From IMG/VR virus record IMGVR_UViG_3300030330_003853, positions 1 to 40,414 of that record: DNA of 40,414 nucleotides; one strand, written 5' to 3'. Numbering within the stretch: position 1 is the stretch's first letter; every line of letters begins with the position of its first letter. Source of the stretch: a virus (Duplodnaviria > Caudoviricetes). Positions 33,537-40,414 of the stretch are shown here, in pieces. A program made the position numbers and the translations under genes. The notes beneath the pieces are model-generated. The model saw only the letters and a list, made by a program, of their open reading frames with translations. It was not told where the DNA came from and made no database searches.

Positions 33537-34427
33537 TTATTTTATTTGTTTACCCATTCCTTTTAGGACTTGAGTGAATTCTTCCATCTTGATATTAGAT
33601 AATCTAATTTTAGCTTTTCTTGTTTCAGCAAATTTTTCTCTTTTGAATCTAAAGATTATTTGCTCTGGTATATTTGTTCTACAAGATAATATACCGTATG
33701 CTATCCATTTATACACAGCTTCTTCAGCAAATTTATGAACAACCATTTCTTCATCAGTGCCTAATCCATCACTTATATACTTTAGTGTTACTGTTTTACC
33801 AGCTAGAGTTGAACCAAAGTGAATGTAACCTCTTTGGTAATCTATATAGAAAGTACCATTAGATTGAACATGTTGAGGATCTAATCCATATCTTCTACCT
33901 CTATTATCTATATCTGTATCAGTTGAATCGTTAGCATTTACAACTTGAGAAGATGTTTGATCTTGATAATTATCCCAAGTATAACTAGGATCTTGTTCGT
34001 TCAAAGTATCTAGTATTGCGTCATTATCGGTATCTGAAAAAGTATAACCACCATCATCATCTTGTTCTAAAGCAAATGGATTTGAAGTTTTACCCGTTGG
34101 ATACAACACTCTCTCTATACCATTAGTATCAATCCTAACTAACTTAACGTAATTAACATAGTCTTGAGGTAAAATCATTTTTAATGTATTAGGAACTTCT
34201 ATCTCTTGAGATTTAACCGATCTAAAAACATCGTATGAAAGCTCTTGAATAGCTCTCATAGCGTGAAATTGAACATCAGTTCTATTTATTTTAGTTATCA
34301 ACTTATTTTCTCCTACATAAGAAATCATAAAAGCGTTTATTATATTTTCTAACGTGGTAAATTGATAAGTACCAAAGTCACTACCTGTGTAATATGCGTT
34401 TTGAGTTTGATTATCTAATAGTCCCAT
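33537..34427 (-). CDS. Tail ring/adaptor protein
   Basis: 296 aa; LPQDYVNYVKL and LKYISDG; located between capsid and muzzle genes. Confidence 0.65.
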   Translation of the reverse strand: MGLLDNQTQNAYYTGSDFGTYQFTTLENIINAFMISYVGENKLITKINRTDVQFHAMRAIQELSYDVFRSVKSQEIEVPNTLKMILPQDYVNYVKLVRIDTNGIERVLYPTGKTSNPFALEQDDDGGYTFSDTDNDAILDTLNEQDPSYTWDNYQDQTSSQVVNANDSTDTDIDNRGRRYGLDPQHVQSNGTFYIDYQRGYIHFGSTLAGKTVTLKYISDGLGTDEEMVVHKFAEEAVYKWIAYGILSCRTNIPEQIIFRFKREKFAETRKAKIRLSNIKMEEFTQVLKGMGKQIK

Positions 34428-34429
34428 AA

Positions 34430-35140
34430 TTAATCATTTTGTGATTGTTTAATACTAGCTCCATCTGCTGTTGCTACTTGATATAACTCCATTTTTTCAA
34501 TAGAAACACCAGCTAATTGTAATATTCTAGTTACTAACAGTTCTTCTTCAGACTCATGTAAATCAAAATTATTACTTAAATTAGCGTTATATAAAGCTTT
34601 ACCTTTAACAACCACATAGTTCCATTTTGGAGAAGATGGTTTTTTATAATAATGTATATAATAAGTAGCATCTGAAGATAAAGCTGGATATAGTGTTATA
34701 GAATTACTAGTAGCACCTGAATCACCTCTAACATAAACTGGTCTATTTGATGTAGCTTTTGTTAATGGATTACTCTCTGTATATAATATTTCTTTTTTAG
34801 AAAGTTCAACAACTTCAGTTGTATTTATTAAAATAACATCTATATAATATAGATCAGATGGTAAATCTACTGTAGACGTGGTAGCCTCTTGAGTCCATGA
34901 AGAAGAAGTTTTAAACGAATGTAACTTTTCTGATAAAATATCCATTTCATCACCATACGTCATATCTGTTTTTATTGGTTTATGATATGATGTTTTTAAA
35001 TCATGAAAATAACTATCAAATATTTCCTTTTGAGCTTTATTAGCGAATAAATTAAACTCTTGAGGTGTTATATAACCTCTTTGTTCTTTATTAGCTATAG
35101 CTAAAACCTTTTGATATACGTCGTCTATACTTATTGCCAT
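34430..35140 (-). CDS. Tail tubular/ring (head-tail adaptor) protein
   Basis: 236 aa; NKEQRGYITPQEFNLFANKAQ, LPSDLYY and YYKKP..PKW; gene position. Confidence 0.65.
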   Translation of the reverse strand: MAISIDDVYQKVLAIANKEQRGYITPQEFNLFANKAQKEIFDSYFHDLKTSYHKPIKTDMTYGDEMDILSEKLHSFKTSSSWTQEATTSTVDLPSDLYYIDVILINTTEVVELSKKEILYTESNPLTKATSNRPVYVRGDSGATSNSITLYPALSSDATYYIHYYKKPSSPKWNYVVVKGKALYNANLSNNFDLHESEEELLVTRILQLAGVSIEKMELYQVATADGASIKQSQND

Positions 35141-35145
35141 TATTA

Positions 35146-35307
35146 TTATTGTTTATATGGGAACTTTTCGTTTAGCCATTGTTTTCGCTTGTTGCATCCA
35201 CAATCTTTTTTACCCATTGCGCCCATAGCTATTTCTGTTAACGATTTTATACCAGTCCCTCTGGTGAACTTTTCTATTGAATCGCCTAGTCCTTTTGATT
35301 TATTCAT
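35146..35307 (-). CDS. Small protein with GLGD and CGC motifs, 53 aa
   Basis: Manual translation MNKSKGLGDSIEKFTRGTGIKSLTEIAMGAMGKKDCGCNKRKQWLNEKFPYKQ*; lies just downstream of the candidate promoter. Confidence 0.75.
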   Translation of the reverse strand: MNKSKGLGDSIEKFTRGTGIKSLTEIAMGAMGKKDCGCNKRKQWLNEKFPYKQ

Positions 35308-35318
35308 AATATAATATA

Positions 35319-35340
35319 TTTTACTATATTATAGTTACAT
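35319..35340 (-). promoter_or_regulatory. Candidate phage promoter/operator ATGTAACTATAATATAGTAAAA
   Basis: Second copy of the 20658 motif; immediately downstream of a terminator and 11 bp upstream of an ATG. Confidence 0.55.
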
Positions 35341-35365
35341 AATAAGTGGAAAGGTTAGCATCTAA

Positions 35366-35396
35366 ATAAAAATAGCCACTCCTTTCGGGTGGCTAC
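35366..35396 (-). terminator. Intrinsic terminator after the 281-aa gene
   Basis: Minus strand tagccac-cc-GAAA-gg-a-gtggcta followed by tttttattt. Confidence 0.85.
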
Positions 35397-35416
35397 TTTT
35401 ATCAGTTAAAAGATTA

Positions 35417-36262
35417 TTAGTTTAATCTTTTTTCTATATTTTGATATATTTCCATACCTTCATCAGTTTTGAACCAAGCGGCTAATGCTGAATATGGGTG
35501 TTCATCAAATGGAACTGTCATTATTTTTCTTTTATTTGAGTTCCATAAAAAGTGTCTTTGATCTGAGGATAAACTTATTATTCCGGCTTCAACAGCTTTG
35601 ATACCAAAGTTTCTAAGTTGAACATTATCATCATTTGTCAATTCTAAGAATAAAACAGGGTTTTTTCTAGCAAATAACAATAAATCTCTTTTAAGTTCCT
35701 TAGAACTTAGTTTAGATACTTCAGAACCTTTTTCTACTCTCATTATAGCTTCAGCTAAATCAATATCCATGTTTCTAGCTATACTTAAAGCTTCAACTTC
35801 ATATTCTAGCCAATCTAATTCGTTCTTAGCGTTTTCAACTGGTTTGAATTCGTAGAATAACGTTCCATTATGCGGGTGATATATTGATAAAAACTTCTGT
35901 AAAGTTGTTTGTTCTTTAGGTACATATAAATTACCACTTCTAAAAACAATATGCTCAAGTCTCTGATCACCTTTCATTTCGTCAACAAAAACTGTTCTTT
36001 GGTTTTGACAGTATTTTATTTCTCTTTCATATCCTTTTTCTTCATCAAACCAAAATAAGTTAGATGTTTTAATAGAATAAGATAAAGGTTTTTTCTTACC
36101 TTTTAAGTGATAGATTCTATCTTTAATTTCCCATTTATTTTTTTTAGGTTCGGGTTTAACTTCTTTTTTTATTTTAGGAGCTTCAACCACTGGTTCTTCC
36201 ATTACAACCGTTTCTTCAACTACGGGTTCTTCAACTATAGTTTCTTTTTTCTTTTTTGCCAT
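35417..36262 (-). CDS. Conserved-type head/structural protein following the major capsid gene
   Basis: 281 aa; E/P/V-rich N-terminal low-complexity region, then a globular region; gene position. Confidence 0.6.
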   Translation of the reverse strand: MAKKKKETIVEEPVVEETVVMEEPVVEAPKIKKEVKPEPKKNKWEIKDRIYHLKGKKKPLSYSIKTSNLFWFDEEKGYEREIKYCQNQRTVFVDEMKGDQRLEHIVFRSGNLYVPKEQTTLQKFLSIYHPHNGTLFYEFKPVENAKNELDWLEYEVEALSIARNMDIDLAEAIMRVEKGSEVSKLSSKELKRDLLLFARKNPVLFLELTNDDNVQLRNFGIKAVEAGIISLSSDQRHFLWNSNKRKIMTVPFDEHPYSALAAWFKTDEGMEIYQNIEKRLN

Positions 36263-36283
36263 AATATAATATAATAAAAATTA

Positions 36284-36319
36284 ATAAAAATATAAGGGCG
36301 ATACTAGACCGCCCTTATA
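36284..36319 (-). terminator. Intrinsic terminator after the major capsid gene
   Basis: 10-bp inverted repeat tataagggcg (36291-36300) / cgcccttata (36310-36319), followed on the minus strand by ttttt. Confidence 0.75.
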
Positions 36320-36330
36320 AATAAATAGTC

Positions 36331-37848
36331 TTACTTCAATAACATAAAGTTGTTTGCACCTTGAGTGATTAAACATCTTTCTGATAAGAAGTGTACTTCC
36401 ATTGCATCAAGCGCTGATGTAGCAGCTCCAACAGAACCAGTAGTCCAAGTTTTCATTTTTCTATTGTCTGTTTGTGAAGCTCTATATCTAACGTGTAAGA
36501 ATGGTCGTTTTAGGTTTTTACCTAACGATTGGTCATACACAGTAGACGTACCAGCTGGCACCATAACACCTCTGATAGCACCTGCCGCATAAGCGTCATT
36601 GATACTACCTCTAGTTGCTTTGTCATTTAAGTATCTCATGTCAGATTTGTAGAAGTCATAAGAACCTCTTCTAAATCCTGAAAAACCTAAATTTAATGCC
36701 ATGTCTTCGTCGTTGTCAAATACTCCGTAAGAAGTACCTCCAGCTCCGTAAGAATTCATTGAAGCTAGCATGTCGTCTACAGCAAGAGCAGTAGCTCTAT
36801 TTACAAACATCATGTTTTCTTCAATAGCACCTTGTTTATCGAATTCAGCTAAAATAGCATCGAATTCAGCTAAATCAGTTATAGCATTAACACCAGTTAC
36901 ACCAGTAGTAATATTACCTCTTTCTTCAATAGCGTCAAATAAACCTTGAGTACCAACACTATCAGCACCAGCAGTAGAACCAGCTATATTAGCATTTGCA
37001 TCTGTTGCTGAACCAGCAACGTTCATTTCGCCTTCTAACATTGCCATCTCTAAGTAATCAGTAAATCTAGCTCTAGTATCAGATTCAGCTTTTAGATACC
37101 ATAAGTATCCAGAAGCACCACCTTCACTTGTTACTTCAACCCAACCAACTCTAGAAGCATCAGATCCTGATACAGCGTAGTAGTCTTTTAAAATAATTGG
37201 TTTGTTCTGGAAAGATTTGAATTGTGGTTCATTAGATCCTCTTTGGTCTATATTACCATCACCATCGTGATTTCTGTAACTCATACCTTTACCGTACTCA
37301 GAACCGTAAACTAATATAGTTAAATCTTTAGTTCCACCAGTTGTTGTTAATCCAGCAGTATTTAATGATGCGTAACCGTAAGGCACAACGTCAATTCGAC
37401 CAGCAGCACCATCGTCAACTTTTTCTACTAAACATCTAACAACACCTTGTGAACTAGCAACAATAACTGTATCGTTAACTCTAATACCGTGGCTAGCAGC
37501 TGTAAAATCAGCAGTTTCATCGATATCAGATTCGATATCAATTTGACCACCTGAAGATGTACCACCAGCGTTTGAGTGACAGTGTCCTTTGTATGATAAA
37601 TGTAATCTACTTTGTTCAGACCAAACAACTCTATCAGATTGCATAGCCTCTTCTGCACCAACTTGAGCTAAGAAACCAGAGATTGTTCTTTGTCCAAAAA
37701 CCTCAGCTTCTTTTTCCATTAAGTCAGGCAGATATTGTTGTCTCCAGTCATTTGTGGAGCCCGTAAAATCGATGTAATTTGAAGATAGTGCTACTTGTTG
37801 TGCAGCTGGAACACTATTCAACAAACCACCAGGATTTGAAATTGCCAT
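36331..37848 (-). CDS. Major capsid protein
   Basis: 505 aa; follows portal and scaffold-like genes and is followed by a terminator; features such as YLEMAMLEG, GTQGLFDAIEERG and LSERCL..QGANNF recall crAss-like/Bacteroidota podovirus MCPs. Confidence 0.85.
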   Translation of the reverse strand: MAISNPGGLLNSVPAAQQVALSSNYIDFTGSTNDWRQQYLPDLMEKEAEVFGQRTISGFLAQVGAEEAMQSDRVVWSEQSRLHLSYKGHCHSNAGGTSSGGQIDIESDIDETADFTAASHGIRVNDTVIVASSQGVVRCLVEKVDDGAAGRIDVVPYGYASLNTAGLTTTGGTKDLTILVYGSEYGKGMSYRNHDGDGNIDQRGSNEPQFKSFQNKPIILKDYYAVSGSDASRVGWVEVTSEGGASGYLWYLKAESDTRARFTDYLEMAMLEGEMNVAGSATDANANIAGSTAGADSVGTQGLFDAIEERGNITTGVTGVNAITDLAEFDAILAEFDKQGAIEENMMFVNRATALAVDDMLASMNSYGAGGTSYGVFDNDEDMALNLGFSGFRRGSYDFYKSDMRYLNDKATRGSINDAYAAGAIRGVMVPAGTSTVYDQSLGKNLKRPFLHVRYRASQTDNRKMKTWTTGSVGAATSALDAMEVHFLSERCLITQGANNFMLLK

Positions 37849-37868
37849 AATATATTTTTTTTAAATTG

Positions 37869-39044
37869 TTAATTTTTCTTTCTAATTTTAAAGGATCTAT
37901 TTTTCATATCAGAAGAAGATTCACCTAACACTCTATATTTAACACCTCCAACATTTGTTTCACCGTGTGTTTTTCGAGGATCTAAATTAATATTTTTATC
38001 TTTAGCAACAGTTTCTTTTATTGCATCAGCTTTGCCTTGCTCATAAAAGTGCTTAGCAATAGTATCAGCATTCATAGCTGTAAATAAAGATTTGTGATAT
38101 CCTTTAGCATCGTTAATTGTTGACGAACCCTCATCAACAAATTTATTAACAAAATTACTAATATCACTTTGTGTAGTTTTCACCTTATCAACATCTTTAA
38201 CATTGAACCTAAATTTTTTGTCTCCAATTTCATAATCAAAACCTTTGAATTTTTCATTGAACACATTGTCAGTTTTCTTTAAAAAAGATGTTTTACTAGC
38301 TTCATTTATCTTTTTCTGCTTTTCATTATCCTTATTGTATCTATTAAAGAAATCAATAGCCTTTTGTTGTTCTTTGGTCAACTTTGACCCAGCTTTGATA
38401 TCTTCATAGTATTTAGACTTTTGCCCGTCTAAGTGGGCTCTAGCCTCGGCAACTTGCTCTTTGAGGGCTATTTTCTTTTTCCTAATATCTTTAGGATCAT
38501 CAACTTCATCATCATAACCAAAAGATTCTTCTAATAAAAAGTTTCTTTCTTCTGCTGTTAAATGAGATTTAGTTGTTCTGTAGTATTCGTCTAATACATC
38601 AGAGTCATCCATTTTAGATATGTCTCTATTTAAATTTACGTAGTCATTTAAATCACCACCTGTTTCTTCCATAAAATCTACAAGTTTTTGTATATTTTCA
38701 GGTAGTGGTTTTCCAGTTGCTTCAGCTTCGACTATAGCTTCCTCAACTTCTTCTTGAACCTCTTCTACTTCTTCTTTAGTTATTTCTTGAACTACAGGTG
38801 TTTCTTCTACCTGTTGCTCTTCAACAACTTCTTCTTTTTTAACTTCAGGTTCTTCATTGACTACGACCACCTCCTCTTCTTTAGCGGGTTGTTGCTCAAC
38901 CTCTTCGCTTTTATTTACAGGTGGTTTTGATAAATCAACCTTAATAACGCTATCTTCGGTTTCTTTAGGTTTTATATTAACCTTTGTAACGTTATCTTTG
39001 TTTTTGTCTTTAGTCTCTTCGACTTTTTTAGTTTTTTCTGCCAT
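37869..39044 (-). CDS. Scaffolding-like protein
   Basis: 391 aa; very acidic E/V-rich N-terminal half, helical C-terminal half with FYEQGKADA; lies between portal and MCP. Confidence 0.65.
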   Translation of the reverse strand: MAEKTKKVEETKDKNKDNVTKVNIKPKETEDSVIKVDLSKPPVNKSEEVEQQPAKEEEVVVVNEEPEVKKEEVVEEQQVEETPVVQEITKEEVEEVQEEVEEAIVEAEATGKPLPENIQKLVDFMEETGGDLNDYVNLNRDISKMDDSDVLDEYYRTTKSHLTAEERNFLLEESFGYDDEVDDPKDIRKKKIALKEQVAEARAHLDGQKSKYYEDIKAGSKLTKEQQKAIDFFNRYNKDNEKQKKINEASKTSFLKKTDNVFNEKFKGFDYEIGDKKFRFNVKDVDKVKTTQSDISNFVNKFVDEGSSTINDAKGYHKSLFTAMNADTIAKHFYEQGKADAIKETVAKDKNINLDPRKTHGETNVGGVKYRVLGESSSDMKNRSFKIRKKN

Positions 39045-39076
39045 AATAAAATTTTATAAAATATTAAAAATTAGGA

Positions 39077-40414
39077 TTAAAACCGGTCAATACCTGCCCC
39101 TCCCGTAATTATATCATTACCTGATGATTCAAACTTTTTAAATGAATCACCTGATTTTCTTCTTTCAGCTAAATCTTTCTGGTGTTCTGCTTGTCTATCT
39201 ACTCTTTGATCTTTTCTATCTTCTCTCATGGATTCCATTGTTCTTAAATTCTCTCTTTCTAATCCTTGCATTTTAGAGTTTAAATCAAATTCAAAAGCCA
39301 TTAAATCTTTTTTAACTTGAGCTTCTTGTTGTAAGAACTGTATTTTTAAATCATTTTTAGTTTTCTCAAGTTGAGTTTCTGTTTGCACTTTAGCTTCATT
39401 CTTTTGTATCTCAGCTTGAGCAGCAGCTTGTTGAGCTTGCGAATTAGCTTGCGCTTGTGCCTGCATATTCTCCTGTTGCATTTGTTGATCTCTTTCAGCC
39501 TTCTTTCTTCTTTTTACTTTCAATAATTGATTAGCTAGTTTTACATTCCTTATTTCACGGATATCAATAGCATCGTCTAAGTCAATTAATTTTTGTCCTA
39601 ATGCAACCTGTATATTGTTTTCTAAAGTTGCTTTTTCTTCTTCATCTGGTAATAATTCTATAAATATACCAAAATCATAAAGATGTAATTCAGATATTTC
39701 TTCTAATGTGGCAACATTGTGAGCTCCAATAGCTTGAATAAAAGCGTTTTTTGTTGGAGAATATTCTACTATGTCAGCTATTCTTAAAGATAAACACTCA
39801 GCGGCTTCAGCTGTTAAATATAACATTGATTGTAATATATGTCTAGTTGCTGTATTTGAATTTGCAGCTGCTAATTTTTGTACACCAACTAAAGCATTAG
39901 CATCAGGCATAGTACCATCTCTAGCTTCATTTAATCCTGTCACATCTCTTATCATTTGTAAATAATAATTATATGTTTGGATTAAAGCTTGCATTTTATT
40001 TCCACCTGCAGCATTTTGAATTTGTTGAATTGGTACTTTACCTGGGTTGGGATCTCCATCAGAAGTAAAACTTCTTCCAATAACACTACCAGTTTGAAAG
40101 AACATATTTAAAGCTTCTTGTGGGTTGTAATTTGTTCCATTTCCTAGATCAATTTCAGCAAGTCCATCAGCATCTAAATAAACACCATCTGGAACCATTC
40201 TCGCCATTACTTGCTGTAACTTCAAATGAGTTAATTGAATCATGTCAGCAAAACCCGTTATTCTACCTACTAAAGATTCAATTCTACCCTCATACATTTT
40301 TGGTGCGACTAGTTGATAAGGCATTTTAACTTTACTGAAATCAGAGTCACTCCTCATCATGTTTGGTGCCATTCTCCATCTCAATAGTTTATCTGCTCCT
40401 ATAACGTAAACACC
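39077..40414 (-). CDS. Portal protein, 5' truncated by the window edge
   Basis: Frame stays open from 40384 to the window end (GVYVIGADKL upstream); IRDVTGLNEARDG; long Q/A-rich C-terminal coiled coil; upstream of scaffold and MCP. Confidence 0.85.
   Translation of the reverse strand, partial: GVYVIGADKLLRWRMAPNMMRSDSDFSKVKMPYQLVAPKMYEGRIESLVGRITGFADMIQLTHLKLQQVMARMVPDGVYLDADGLAEIDLGNGTNYNPQEALNMFFQTGSVIGRSFTSDGDPNPGKVPIQQIQNAAGGNKMQALIQTYNYYLQMIRDVTGLNEARDGTMPDANALVGVQKLAAANSNTATRHILQSMLYLTAEAAECLSLRIADIVEYSPTKNAFIQAIGAHNVATLEEISELHLYDFGIFIELLPDEEEKATLENNIQVALGQKLIDLDDAIDIREIRNVKLANQLLKVKRRKKAERDQQMQQENMQAQAQANSQAQQAAAQAEIQKNEAKVQTETQLEKTKNDLKIQFLQQEAQVKKDLMAFEFDLNSKMQGLERENLRTMESMREDRKDQRVDRQAEHQKDLAERRKSGDSFKKFESSGNDIITGGAGIDRF

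Noticed and set aside
2916-40329. Plus-strand ORFs in the track (e.g. 2916..3197, 7802..8101, 13297..13710, 26290..26631, 35111..35314)
   Set aside because: They lie antisense to well-supported minus-strand genes and have S/L/F/I-rich shadow composition with no motifs.
1-40414. tRNA, rRNA, integrase, transposase, intron or intein
   Set aside because: Intergenic gaps are very short once small ORFs are added, and no such motifs were recognised by eye; tRNAscan-SE/Infernal would be needed to exclude small RNAs formally.

Overview
AT-rich phage genome segment, most likely from a podovirus-like tailed phage with crAss-like gene order infecting a Bacteroidota (flavobacteria-like) host. The first 325 bp on the + strand carry the end of a class II-type ribonucleotide reductase and an Hc1 histone-like gene. 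These meet, at a bidirectional terminator, a ~40 kb minus-strand block. In transcription order the block is: portal (truncated), scaffold-like protein, major capsid protein, ring/adaptor proteins, a 2258-aa muzzle/tail-stabilisation protein, two paralogous acidic tail proteins, putative ejection/cargo proteins, a 2961-aa multidomain protein, a tail fibre, and an accessory/lysis region (methyltransferase, DUF5675-like protein, SNase, 2OG-Fe(II) oxygenase, PhoH). Three signals stand out. (1) The 2961-aa protein has no RNA-polymerase catalytic motif that I can see, but appears to contain an embedded sigma70-like factor (region 2, sigma finger, region 4.2 HTH) plus zincin, HNH-like, HAD and Zn-finger modules. 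(2) There is a phage-encoded envelope module: an outer-membrane beta-barrel, an LDL-receptor-A/T9SS-CTD protein and a CxxC-less exported thioredoxin, all with Bacteroidota-type NA|Q signal peptides. (3) Several basic proteins share MAFKM/SPFK/EYVPQS motifs. All calls come from reading motifs by eye; no searches were run.
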